Below are positions 19,481 through 28,645 of a DNA stretch of 48,392 bases, one piece after another. This DNA is from a virus (lineage: Duplodnaviria; Caudoviricetes). Within the stretch, counting starts at the first letter, position 1; the number at the start of each line of letters is the position of its first letter. The notes beneath the pieces were generated by a model. That model was given only the letters and a program-made list of their open reading frames with translations. It made no database searches and had not been told where the DNA came from. The stretch is taken from positions 1 to 48,392 of the IMG/VR virus record IMGVR_UViG_3300035042_000091. One strand, written 5' to 3'. Position numbers and translations under genes: made by a program.

Positions 19481-19609
19481 TTACCCCTTCCCTGTAATCC
19501 TGTTAACTTCCTCGAACATTTCATCAGCACTCATATTGCTAATATCTATTGTCTCTTTAACTTTCCTACCTTTTTCCTGATAAGTGACACCCATCGTTTC
19601 TTTAGCCAT
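19481..19609 (-). CDS. 42-aa hypothetical protein (not in ORF track)
   Basis: GGAGG SD, MAKETMGVTYQ...TGKG*; fills the operon gap. Confidence 0.45.
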   Translation of the reverse strand: MAKETMGVTYQEKGRKVKETIDISNMSADEMFEEVNRITGKG

Positions 19610-19912
19610 TATTTCCTCCCTTCAAACCATTCAACAAATTCTCCTAATTTTTCTAAAACTTCAATCTTAATTTCATTACCTTCATAATATATTTCCAACT
19701 TTTCGCCTTTTTGATTACCACCATTATAGTTGAATTCCGGTTTTAAGTTATCCACTTCACCCTCCAATCTGAATACTTATATTATCAACCAACCAAATAA
19801 TAACTTCTATCCATTTCCATAGCCCCATTGGTACAAATAATACACCGACTACTATTAGTGCTTTGATATAAAATTCAAAAGCCTCTCCAATACCTTCTAG
19901 CATTTTACCCTC

Positions 19913-20539
19913 CTATCTAACCGGGCATAACCCGGAATCGCAGTCACTTCCGACATCTCTGTCAAATCCCCCATCATTTGCTGCACTTTGATTATCATGC
20001 ATTGTAATGATTGTCTTTTTAAATTTCTTCTTCTCTTTCCGGGCCCCAACTACATCCATAGAGTCCTGGTATTTACCTTTGTAGACTTGATCAGGTTTCT
20101 TTTTCATTTCTAAAAATACTAACTGACCAATCAACATGCCGGGATGTAGCTGCAGGATGTTACTTGAGTTGTTAACAATCTCTAAAGTTAACTTTCCTCT
20201 GTACCCCGGGTCCACCCAGCCGGCTGTAATATGTATCTGCAGTCCCATTCTGGCCAGTGTTGACTTTCCTGCTAGCATTACTGTCAAATTATCTGGTACA
20301 TTAATAAATTCTTTAGTTACCCCCAAAACGAAATCTCCAGGCTCTAGCGGGTAGTTATCCACTTCAACGGGCAAATACTCTATATTGTCTTTTGAAACGT
20401 CAATTACCCTATTTCTGTGCTTCTCAACTAGAAATTTATCTCCCAGGCTAATATCTAAACTGGCCGGTTGAATGTTTTCTTCCACAAAAGGCTCAATATT
20501 GTCTCTTAACGGTCTGATCATGTTATCTGGTAGTATCAT
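19913..20539 (-). CDS. dcd: dCTP deaminase (possibly bifunctional dUTPase)
   Basis: IQPASLD, GKSTLARMGL, AGWVDPGYRGKLTLE and GKYQ motifs. Confidence 0.92.
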   Translation of the reverse strand: MILPDNMIRPLRDNIEPFVEENIQPASLDISLGDKFLVEKHRNRVIDVSKDNIEYLPVEVDNYPLEPGDFVLGVTKEFINVPDNLTVMLAGKSTLARMGLQIHITAGWVDPGYRGKLTLEIVNNSSNILQLHPGMLIGQLVFLEMKKKPDQVYKGKYQDSMDVVGARKEKKKFKKTIITMHDNQSAANDGGFDRDVGSDCDSGLCPVR

Positions 20540-20557
20540 TTACATCATCCTCTCTAT

Positions 20558-21175
20558 TTATTTTCTGCCACTTTTGTTAGGTACTAACCCTGCTATTTTG
20601 CATGCCTCTTTATAATTATCAAAATAAGTGTAGACTCTATGTCTCTTAACACCATTATCAACAACCTGGCTTAAAGTTGGTGTATCTTTTAATTCTTCAG
20701 CAGTATCTCTGATTATTTCAATAATTTCTTTTTCTTCTTCCATCAAGCTCTCTATTTCATCAGAATTCATTTTAAATATAGAGTCAAAGCCCTGGCATCT
20801 ACCTTCTGAATTAATGATCGGATCATCAATATCATCAAACGACTCGCATTCTCCATCATCATAATTTCTGCAGATATCTCTCATACAGGGAGAATCTTCT
20901 ACTACTTCTTTCTCAACATTAACTTCAGGAACTTCTATTTCTTCGTTTTCTGGTGTAGCAATCTTTTCTTCAGCGACTTTTTCAACTTTATCATTATCAA
21001 AATAATCACTATACTGCATCTTAGCTTCAGCCTTAACCTCAACAATTCTTCCTTCGGACTGATATTCACCTACCAGTTGCTTCATTCTCTGCTTAGCTGC
21101 AGCTGGTTCCTCTTCTTCTGCCATGTCAACAAAGTTTTCCATGTTCGGATCATGCTTAACTTGAATTATAAACAT
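20558..21175 (-). CDS. Protein with Cys cluster and C-terminal homing-endonuclease-associated repeat
   Basis: TPT...YFDNYKEACKIAGL C-terminus. Confidence 0.5.
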   Translation of the reverse strand: MFIIQVKHDPNMENFVDMAEEEEPAAAKQRMKQLVGEYQSEGRIVEVKAEAKMQYSDYFDNDKVEKVAEEKIATPENEEIEVPEVNVEKEVVEDSPCMRDICRNYDDGECESFDDIDDPIINSEGRCQGFDSIFKMNSDEIESLMEEEKEIIEIIRDTAEELKDTPTLSQVVDNGVKRHRVYTYFDNYKEACKIAGLVPNKSGRK

Positions 21176-21384
21176 TAATTTCCCTCCTTAGGTTTTATAA
21201 ATCTTTCATAATTCTTTTGCCTTTCTTCTCTCAAAAATTTGCGATAGCATTTAACTTTATGCTTCTCCCAAACCAGGTCTTCGTTTAATTTTTCTATTAA
21301 TCCGCTTTGCTGAGTAATTTGCTGATCAAGGACAATGTAAGTTACAGCAAATCCAATAAGTAACCCGATTATTAAATTAATCAT
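21175..21384 (-). CDS. Small membrane-anchored protein
   Basis: Hydrophobic N-terminus; AGGAGG SD. Confidence 0.5.
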   Translation of the reverse strand: MINLIIGLLIGFAVTYIVLDQQITQQSGLIEKLNEDLVWEKHKVKCYRKFLREERQKNYERFIKPKEGN

Positions 21385-21637
21385 TTATCCTCCTTTTAAA
21401 CTCTATCCTTATCTAAACCATCCCTCACGCCATCCTCATAACCTTTCTGATAACTATCTACTGCAAATATTCCTAATATCAGCATTCCTGCAAACCCACC
21501 AATGAAAAATGCAACTAACTCACTCAAAGTCTGGCACCTTCCTTTCAAAATATTCTTCTATCTCTTCCCTGATGATTTCTCTAATTTTATTTGTTAACTC
21601 CTCTTCAAAAGCATCTACTAACTTTTCAAGCTCTTTT

Positions 21638-21880
21638 TCAGTCATTGACTTCCTCCTCGAAAAGCGAATCCATAAGATATTCATTTGGTGCTGCACAATT
21701 AATAGTCTGACCTTCTATAACTTCTGCATCATTATCTCTACCTGAGTAATATTCGCAAGTAGAATCAAAATCAATATGTCCGGGAACACAACCTCTTTGC
21801 GGTCCGTTAATTCTCATTTCACCTTTTACCGGGCAATCAACATAATGATCACCGTTCTTCTTGTAAGGTTTGATTTTCAT
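21638..21880 (-). CDS. Hypothetical Cys-containing protein
   Basis: GAGGAAGG SD before MKIKPY. Confidence 0.5.
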   Translation of the reverse strand: MKIKPYKKNGDHYVDCPVKGEMRINGPQRGCVPGHIDFDSTCEYYSGRDNDAEVIEGQTINCAAPNEYLMDSLFEEEVND

Positions 21881-21984
21881 TTTCAACCTTCCTCTCAGAA
21901 TCATCAATGATCTGATCTATTTGATATTCACTCAGCTGCGGATGATCTTCCATTAGTTTCTCTTTTAGATTCATTTACATCACC

Positions 21985-22341
21985 TCAATCGCGAATTATT
22001 TCTAAGACATTATTGAAATCAATATTTTCAGGTAAGACTATTTCAGCATTTATTGCTTTTTCCATTTGTTCAGCCGGAATAAACGCCATTCCTTGATCAA
22101 TGTTTTTTGTTTGTCTTTTGGATAACCTTCTTACTACCACATCTATGACAGTAACACTCTGTGGATAATTAAAGAAAACTCTTTCATCGTATTCAACCCC
22201 GACTAAATAAGCTTCTTCATTTAAACAAACTCCATTAACTTCTGGGGAACTGAACCGACCAACATTAAAATTGTTCTTAAATTTTATTTTTAGCGGACCA
22301 TGATTATCTAAAAGCTCTTGGTGCAACTCTTTTCTATTCAT
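21985..22341 (-). CDS. Hypothetical protein
   Basis: AGGAGG SD. Confidence 0.55.
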   Translation of the reverse strand: MNRKELHQELLDNHGPLKIKFKNNFNVGRFSSPEVNGVCLNEEAYLVGVEYDERVFFNYPQSVTVIDVVVRRLSKRQTKNIDQGMAFIPAEQMEKAINAEIVLPENIDFNNVLEIIRD

Positions 22342-22351
22342 TGCAACCTCC

Positions 22352-22645
22352 TTAAAATAGCGCTAATTGCTCCCCTATATCAAAACGACTTACAGCTACA
22401 ACTTCATCATCAATAAATTTTATAATTCTATTTGGATAATGTTTTTTTACTTTTTCTAAAGAGTGCATGTCAAGATAATGATTAATTGCACACTCTATGA
22501 ATATTTCTCCATTTTTATTTTTATAATATTGTTGATGAGAATAATCTCTATTTTCTTCATTCAGCTTTTCCAGTTTATATAATAATTTACCTCTATCCTC
22601 TCCATAAAAATTGATATACCATTCTTTGCTCAGCATTTTATTCAC
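22352..22645 (-). CDS. Hypothetical protein ending EQLALF
   Basis: Operon ORF; clamp-binding-like C-terminus. Confidence 0.55.
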   Translation of the reverse strand: MNKMLSKEWYINFYGEDRGKLLYKLEKLNEENRDYSHQQYYKNKNGEIFIECAINHYLDMHSLEKVKKHYPNRIIKFIDDEVVAVSRFDIGEQLALF

Positions 22646-22648
22646 CTA

Positions 22649-23020
22649 CTAAAATAATGCCAGTTGTTCTGATTCTTTCCTCAATTCTTCCTGGACTTCT
22701 TCCAGTTCATGATCAGCAAATGCTATCTCAATATCTTCAGCCTTTGGCCCCTCTGGATCTCTATCCGTTCCATTAATCAAATATAATCTGATTCTTGTAG
22801 TTAAATCTTCGTAGCTCATTATTTTTCTGACTTCATCATCGGGCTCTATACTTGGAATTGTTGCTTCCAAAACAACTTCTTCATCATTCATTGACTTGAT
22901 GTAATATGAATTTCTCTTAAGAAAACCATCATTCTCCCAGATGGTGATATAGTCTCCAATTTCAAAGGTAGACTTGGTATAAAACCCCTTATCGTTAAAT
23001 TCATACTGCATTTTAATCAT
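22649..23020 (-). CDS. Hypothetical protein ending EQLALF
   Basis: Operon ORF; clamp-binding-like C-terminus. Confidence 0.55.
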   Translation of the reverse strand: MIKMQYEFNDKGFYTKSTFEIGDYITIWENDGFLKRNSYYIKSMNDEEVVLEATIPSIEPDDEVRKIMSYEDLTTRIRLYLINGTDRDPEGPKAEDIEIAFADHELEEVQEELRKESEQLALF

Positions 23021-23325
23021 CCCTTTTTATACAAATCTGCTCCACTATACTTTAATAGCTTCTCCATGCCACCATAATCTTTGATTATTCTGTCAGCATC
23101 TTTTATTGCCAGGCCTTCAAAAGTATGATTATTATCTAAATCCTTATTGATATAAGCGAACTTAAGTTTAGCAATAATGGCAGCCATTGATTTAGCATGA
23201 AGTGCAGCAAGAAAGAAAACTACTGATCCGCCTATTAAAATTCCAATGATCATAAATAAAATATTGCTAAGCAATTTTATCACTCTTCTTATTGACTTCC
23301 AGCTTGACGAAATTAATACTCTCAC
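23017..23325 (-). CDS. Membrane-anchored hypothetical protein
   Basis: One hydrophobic segment; true start likely downstream. Confidence 0.5.
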   Translation of the reverse strand: MRVLISSSWKSIRRVIKLLSNILFMIIGILIGGSVVFFLAALHAKSMAAIIAKLKFAYINKDLDNNHTFEGLAIKDADRIIKDYGGMEKLLKYSGADLYKKG

Positions 23326-23515
23326 TCAGTTCAATATCCAGCTGCTTTAAATCAAATTCATAATCTTCCCTTAAACTTGTCTCCACTACTTTTCTGGCGT
23401 GAGTTATTTTCTTATCCGGATTGTTTGATTTAAAACTAATCAATAGACCAGCCAGATCATCTTTAACCTGAGTTTTAACATTACCGTTTACTATTAGTCT
23501 TTCAGCGATATTCAT
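23267..23515 (-). CDS. Hypothetical protein
   Basis: AGGAGG SD. Confidence 0.5.
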   Translation of the reverse strand: MNIAERLIVNGNVKTQVKDDLAGLLISFKSNNPDKKITHARKVVETSLREDYEFDLKQLDIELSESINFVKLEVNKKSDKIA

Positions 23516-23518
23516 TAT

Positions 23519-23740
23519 TTACTCCTCCTTGAATTTATTTTGTTTTTCTAAACTTTTTTCATAATTTTTACACTCAATTAATTCTGCATCAATCAGTTCA
23601 CCCGGTGGGGTTTCAATAAATTTTCTAACATCCGGAACATTTAATTCTACTTCTCCAACGAAATTGCATTTGCCAGAACTATTTCTTTCTTTTGATTTAT
23701 TATGAACACACATCATCCAGGGGCATTTAATTTCTGGCAT
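23519..23740 (-). CDS. Small Cys-rich protein
   Basis: C...C.HN...C...C..Y pattern. Confidence 0.5.
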   Translation of the reverse strand: MPEIKCPWMMCVHNKSKERNSSGKCNFVGEVELNVPDVRKFIETPPGELIDAELIECKNYEKSLEKQNKFKEE

Positions 23741-23743
23741 TGA

Positions 23744-24157
23744 TTAATCCTCCTTTAATAATTCCGAGTTTTGATGTTTGCTACCTACAACCTCTGATTT
23801 TTTCCAATCATGCCTATAAAACCTTGTTTCTGTTCCGATTTCATTTGACTCATAATTATTTCTATTTAACTTTTTCATGACAAAGCTTGCTAATTTATTA
23901 TCATATTTTATTAAATAATATCTATTACCTAATTTATATTTCTGGTTTATAATATCGCCTTCATAAATATCTCTGCCGCTTTTATCTTTTGAGCCTGTAT
24001 ATAAATCTCTGCTTATTAACTCATACCCACTATTGTGGTGTGCTCTTATTATTTTTTTGGCTTTTCCCTTTTCGATGAAGTCTAATGTTAAATAATTGAA
24101 TAAATAATGCTCGCCTTTCACTCCTTTAAAAACGTACCTGAACTTTAATTTCTTCAA
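23744..24157 (-). CDS. YopX-family protein
   Basis: KFR...YTG.KDK.G..IYEGDI...EVVG..H.N.ELL pattern. Confidence 0.85.
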   Translation of the reverse strand: MKKLKFRYVFKGVKGEHYLFNYLTLDFIEKGKAKKIIRAHHNSGYELISRDLYTGSKDKSGRDIYEGDIINQKYKLGNRYYLIKYDNKLASFVMKKLNRNNYESNEIGTETRFYRHDWKKSEVVGSKHQNSELLKED

Positions 24158-24363
24158 TTCTCATTCCTCCTTTTATGATCAGCTGTAAATCCATATCTCT
24201 TAACGCATCTAACAAATGGACAAGCTCCTTGCTTTACATCGTTTTTAGTCCTATTTTTCTGGCCCTTAAATGGATACCAGACACAATTCTCGCAGTGACT
24301 ATCACTAACCAACTTAGACATAATTTCACTCCTTGCAAACGACATTATATTTTTGGATTTCAT
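24154..24363 (-). CDS. Small Cys-rich protein
   Basis: CENCVW...CPFVRC. Confidence 0.5.
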   Translation of the reverse strand: MKSKNIMSFARSEIMSKLVSDSHCENCVWYPFKGQKNRTKNDVKQGACPFVRCVKRYGFTADHKRRNEN

Positions 24364-24637
24364 CTAAATACTCGTCAACTTTATTGATTTTATCGCCTAT
24401 ATCAATAAGGTTATTTACAGTTTCGAGATTTTTAGTGCTTAAATCTTTATGAACTTCATCTAATATATCTTTAGCCTCCAAAACTAATTTTTCCCTTTCT
24501 TCCCGGTTACAGTATTCTTCATACTCCTTAACCACCTTATCTATACGATCACCGGTCACCATTCCAATTTCACCCTGTGCCTGAGCTTGATAAGTTATAT
24601 TTACCATCTTCTCAAATAATTCTTTCATTTTATCCAT
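24326..24637 (-). CDS. Hypothetical helical protein
   Basis: GGAGG SD before MDKMKE. Confidence 0.5.
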   Translation of the reverse strand: MDKMKELFEKMVNITYQAQAQGEIGMVTGDRIDKVVKEYEEYCNREEREKLVLEAKDILDEVHKDLSTKNLETVNNLIDIGDKINKVDEYLDEIQKYNVVCKE

Positions 24638-25391
24638 TTTTAGTCCTCCTGTAGCTTTCGCCGTCAAACCTGATAAAGTATTTACCTCTTTCTGCTGCTT
24701 CGGTCATCCGATCAACAACTCTCGGAGAAATATGTTTGGTTAATTCTGACCCACTTAAGTTAGTTGTAATAATAGTTGGGAGTAGTTCGTTATATCTATG
24801 ATTTAAAACTAAATACATTTTTTCTTGCTGCCATTCAGAGGCTTTCTCAGTTCCTAGATCATCAATTATTAATAATTTAGCTCTCTTATATCCATTCATC
24901 AGAGTTTTTTCATCCTCTGAGTCACTGTCATAGCTATCTCTTATCGCTTGTATCATTTCTGAGCTTGATATAAACTTTACAGGTGAGCTTCCAGAATAAA
25001 CTGTACTTCTTGACTTTTCTGCAGCCTTTTCAGCGAAATATCTTAATGATCTTCTTCCAGCTGCTAAAGCTAAATGAGTTTTACCAAGGCCATAACTGCC
25101 AGCCAAAACTAACCAGGTCCCTTTTTTAAACCTCTCATTGAAATCCTCTGCATAATTTTTTACTTTAAAAAATGCTTTATCATTGCCATATTCCAAATTA
25201 AAATTATCAAATGTTTTATTTTTAAACCGCTTAGGAACTTTAAACTGCTTAACCATGTCCTGAAGCAATAATTCAGTCTGTCTTTCTTTGCTAATTAAAT
25301 TATTCGTCTTGGTCGAAGAGTCCGTCGACTTCTGCTCCGATTTTTTCTTCTTCAGTTGAGTAACTGTCTCCTTGAACTTGTTTTCCTCCAT
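24630..25391 (-). CDS. DnaC/IstB-like AAA+ helicase loader
   Basis: GSYGLGKTHLA, LLIIDDLG, PTIITTN and SYR motifs. Confidence 0.93.
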   Translation of the reverse strand: MEENKFKETVTQLKKKKSEQKSTDSSTKTNNLISKERQTELLLQDMVKQFKVPKRFKNKTFDNFNLEYGNDKAFFKVKNYAEDFNERFKKGTWLVLAGSYGLGKTHLALAAGRRSLRYFAEKAAEKSRSTVYSGSSPVKFISSSEMIQAIRDSYDSDSEDEKTLMNGYKRAKLLIIDDLGTEKASEWQQEKMYLVLNHRYNELLPTIITTNLSGSELTKHISPRVVDRMTEAAERGKYFIRFDGESYRRTKNG

Positions 25392-26166
25392 TATTGGCCT
25401 CCTTTGGATGTGGCTGATTTAAATAACCTTCAAATTTAGTGCCGAATAAAGTTCTGGGTCTTAAATATTTTGACATATCAGAATCATGCAGCCATTCAGC
25501 ACATTTTTTATCAACAACCTCTTTGAAATCTTTTAATTCAAATCCTTCATTCCATCTGCCTGAAATATGTCTTTGAGTTGCTTGACTTGTTGGTTTAAAA
25601 TTTCTATCAGCTTTTTGATTCAAATAATTGACGATCTCTGCATAGGGTATATTATCTTTATTATTATCATTCTTTACATTCTTAACATTATTATCTTTAT
25701 TGTTTGTTTTGTTAGGCGTTTGTTCACCGTTTGTCGAGCGTTTGTCAGGCGTTTGTTCACCTTCTGGCACCCTTTTGTCACCCTTTTGACTAAAGCCGCT
25801 TTCTTCTTGACATGACAATGTTGAGGGCTTTTGATATTTCTCCCAATTCAATATTTTTATAATTGAAAATTTACCTTGATAAGTGCTAGTGTCATATTTA
25901 ATCATTCCATCTTTCTCAAACATTTTTACCGTTCTATACAATTTATCTCTCGATACATTTATTGCATTTGCAAATTTTATTGTTCCAAATATTAATTCTC
26001 CTGGACTTAATTCTACCAATTCATAACCAACATTCATTTTGTGTTTTTGGTGACTGGCCTTGCTTAATAAAGTTATCCATATTTTTAGTTTCTCGGGGTC
26101 ATCATAAACCCAGTGATCTAATAATTCTCTGTGCAGTTTTATCCAGCCATTCCCCATAACTTCCAC
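25300..26166 (-). CDS. Phage replication initiator protein
   Basis: GWIKLHR N-terminus, YLRPRTLFG.KFEGYLNQ C-terminal domain, and internal iterons. Confidence 0.9.
   Translation of the reverse strand: MEVMGNGWIKLHRELLDHWVYDDPEKLKIWITLLSKASHQKHKMNVGYELVELSPGELIFGTIKFANAINVSRDKLYRTVKMFEKDGMIKYDTSTYQGKFSIIKILNWEKYQKPSTLSCQEESGFSQKGDKRVPEGEQTPDKRSTNGEQTPNKTNNKDNNVKNVKNDNNKDNIPYAEIVNYLNQKADRNFKPTSQATQRHISGRWNEGFELKDFKEVVDKKCAEWLHDSDMSKYLRPRTLFGTKFEGYLNQPHPKEANNGGKQVQGDSYSTEEEKIGAEVDGLFDQDE
25714..25782. repeat. Putative replication origin iterons inside the initiator gene
   Basis: CGTTTGT at 25717, 25728, 25739 and 25750, with degenerate copies at 25761 and 25772 (11-bp period); AT-rich tract at about 25650-25710. 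Confidence 0.72.
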
Positions 26167-26184
26167 TGATTATGACACCCCCTC

Positions 26185-26904
26185 TCAAGCTATCTTAACC
26201 ATCTTTCCGGTTAATTGTTGTATCTCTCTTTTAAACTGTTTAGCATCTGAATTCCTATCTGACAAGTGAAGCAGCCAAATTTCATTTACTTTTGATAGAT
26301 CATTAACCTTAAGAAAATCTTTAACATTTTTTAAACTGAAATGACTTTTTAGCAGTCTATTCTTCTGAACCATCAGAACTCTACCCGCTGCTATATTTTC
26401 ATCAAGTATCTTTTTGCTGTAGTTACATTCAATCATGATGTAATTCAAATCATTAAACTTAAACTTACTGTAAAAACTATCAGTAATATAAACTAACTTA
26501 TCGCCTGTTTCCCTGCTCCAGAGTAAGTAATTAAATGGCTCTGCAGCATCATGTTCTGCTTCAAATGGTTTAACTATCCAGCTGCCAATTTTAAATGGAT
26601 CATAAAGCTTATGAGTAACTAATCTGTGATTATCTTCAGTAAATTCATCATCAATTAAAGCCTTTTTAGTACCTGAGCTCATATGACAGTTAATTCCTGC
26701 TCTAGTTACCTCATTTAAAGCTTTGCAGTGGTCCTTGTGTTCATGGGTTATCAAACATCCTTCTATCTCTGACAATCTAAATTCTAGCCCTTCCTGCAGC
26801 TTCTTATATGGAATTCCACATTCCAGGAGTAAGGGTGTCTTAAAATCAGACACCCTGTAGGCATTTCCTGAGCTCCCGGAAGCTAAGGATTTAATTTCTA
26901 GCAT
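26185..26904 (-). CDS. MBL-fold metallo-hydrolase (putative exonuclease partner of RecT)
   Basis: ASGSSGN, THEHKDH, HDA and HLS..N motifs. Confidence 0.88.
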   Translation of the reverse strand: MLEIKSLASGSSGNAYRVSDFKTPLLLECGIPYKKLQEGLEFRLSEIEGCLITHEHKDHCKALNEVTRAGINCHMSSGTKKALIDDEFTEDNHRLVTHKLYDPFKIGSWIVKPFEAEHDAAEPFNYLLWSRETGDKLVYITDSFYSKFKFNDLNYIMIECNYSKKILDENIAAGRVLMVQKNRLLKSHFSLKNVKDFLKVNDLSKVNEIWLLHLSDRNSDAKQFKREIQQLTGKMVKIA

Positions 26905-27882
26905 TTAAAACGACGGCTCTCTTGGGCCTTCTGTTCCTGTTGCACCCAATTGTTTTTCTGACTCTTGCTCTTCTTTTCGCTCAGATTGTCTTTCATCAAT
27001 TGCCTCTTCAACCTTATCCATTTCACGATCTAACTGTTCTTCAATTGCATCTGGCTCTTCCTCTTCAGCTTCAATATCAATAGTCTGACTGTTAGCATTT
27101 TCAGCTATTTCTCTATTGGCTTCAGCTTCAACACTCCCGGTCTCTTCATGAATCATTGATTGAGCATTAACTTTCTCTGGGTCTAAATCAATCTTATCTG
27201 AGACCCTTCTTGCAATAGTTTTATATCGCATCTTTTCAGGCCATGCATCCCAAATTGCTTTAGTTTTAGCTGCATCCCTCGCTTTCTGAAAATCTTCCTC
27301 TGTCAGTATTAATAACTCATTCTTGCTAGAGTCTTCATACTGGATATAAGCAAAACCACCTATTACTTTCCCTCTGTTGAATGGATTTTCTACTTCAAAT
27401 TCATAAGCTTCGACTTCTCTTTGAAAGTTAGACTTAAGCGGTTTGAAATGGTCATTTTCATGAACAAGTTCGATCACAATTTTCTTAGGTGGATTTAGAG
27501 CATATTTTTGAGCTATATAAAGCAACCCTTTAAATCCAGTTTGTAAGTCCAGATCATACTTTTTATTCTTACCATTGAAATACGGAATAACATGAATATG
27601 ATTTTTCATTAGAGCATCAAGGCCTAAATTAACTTTATGGACTGCATCAAGTGCTAAATTCTTAATGTTTACATTCTCCCAGGTGTAAGGTGTCTTGCTA
27701 CCATTTCTCTTGCTCTCAAATTCCTTCAGTGCTGAGTCAGCTTTCAAAAACAAGTGCTGGGCCAGCTTCTTCTGATGATCAGAGAAAACTATGTCATTAC
27801 CCATTTCCTGCCCGAACTGTCTTTCTACCTCACCGACAAATCTAACTGATACTGCTGTGTTTTTCTTCTTATCTTCACTCAT
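26905..27882 (-). CDS. recT: RecT-family single-strand annealing recombinase
   Basis: LGLD, IPY, GFKGL and W..WPEKM.YKT motifs; acidic tail. Confidence 0.82.
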   Translation of the reverse strand: MSEDKKKNTAVSVRFVGEVERQFGQEMGNDIVFSDHQKKLAQHLFLKADSALKEFESKRNGSKTPYTWENVNIKNLALDAVHKVNLGLDALMKNHIHVIPYFNGKNKKYDLDLQTGFKGLLYIAQKYALNPPKKIVIELVHENDHFKPLKSNFQREVEAYEFEVENPFNRGKVIGGFAYIQYEDSSKNELLILTEEDFQKARDAAKTKAIWDAWPEKMRYKTIARRVSDKIDLDPEKVNAQSMIHEETGSVEAEANREIAENANSQTIDIEAEEEEPDAIEEQLDREMDKVEEAIDERQSERKEEQESEKQLGATGTEGPREPSF

Positions 27883-28207
27883 TATTATTTCCCCCTTTAG
27901 CTTTTTTTAAATCTAATTTAGCTTTTTCTAAATGATATTTAACATCCTGTTTTCCCATCCCATTCAAAACAGCCGGATGAAATATTTCTTCAATGTCATT
28001 TATTAGATTCTGAACATCTTCTAATAATTCAGGAACGGATGCTATCAGAATTGCGTTAGCTTCTGTTTCTTTTAATGTAGTTTCATAATTAGCAACCCTC
28101 CCTATTTCTTGCCCTGTGGATTCGCTTTTTATTGAAGCAGCATATTCTATCTCAGGTAAATCTAAACCATCTTCAAAACCCCATGGCCCTTGTGTGTATT
28201 TAGGCAT
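27875..28207 (-). CDS. Hypothetical phage protein
   Basis: T.GPW...ANA.LIA..PELL motif, common in small phage proteins. Confidence 0.6.
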   Translation of the reverse strand: MPKYTQGPWGFEDGLDLPEIEYAASIKSESTGQEIGRVANYETTLKETEANAILIASVPELLEDVQNLINDIEEIFHPAVLNGMGKQDVKYHLEKAKLDLKKAKGGNNNE

Positions 28208-28224
28208 ATTTTCCCTCCTACTTA

Positions 28225-28410
28225 TTATTCTGCTAAATCAGCCATATAATTTATTTCACCTTCTATAACATCATTTAATTGTTTAATAGTTTTAACATCA
28301 TCATAACTAGTTTCGCTTGACATAACTTCAAATTCTTGGTCAAAAACACCTTCCATACTCAAATAAACTTTCAAGTTGTTATGAAGCCTTTTAATTTCTT
28401 TATTAGCCAT
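28225..28410 (-). CDS. Hypothetical protein
   Basis: Coupled ORF with SD. Confidence 0.5.
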   Translation of the reverse strand: MANKEIKRLHNNLKVYLSMEGVFDQEFEVMSSETSYDDVKTIKQLNDVIEGEINYMADLAE

Positions 28411-28645
28411 CCTTTTCCTCCTTTAATTTATTAATAACCTCTTCTTCTGTTGGGCCAGAACAACGCTTTCTGATTTTATAAGATTCATCAGGATAAACTT
28501 CGTTTCCGCAATCTTCACATACCCAGACAGGAACTGTAACTTTTATAAGCTCCATTAAAATTTCATTTACAAATTCATCAGTTTTCTTTACAACCTGAAC
28601 ATCGCCACCGCAAACATGACATTCGTTATATCCTAAGTCCTTCAT
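28403..28645 (-). CDS. YgiT/MqsA-type zinc finger protein
   Basis: CHVCGG...VPVWVCEDCG. Confidence 0.65.
   Translation of the reverse strand: MKDLGYNECHVCGGDVQVVKKTDEFVNEILMELIKVTVPVWVCEDCGNEVYPDESYKIRKRCSGPTEEEVINKLKEEKDG

Noticed and set aside
25714-25782. CRISPR array
   Set aside because: 11-bp tandem repeats without spacers, inside a CDS; no cas genes in the window.
28403-28645. MqsA-type toxin-antitoxin module
   Set aside because: Only the zinc-finger domain is present; no HTH and no recognisable toxin neighbour.
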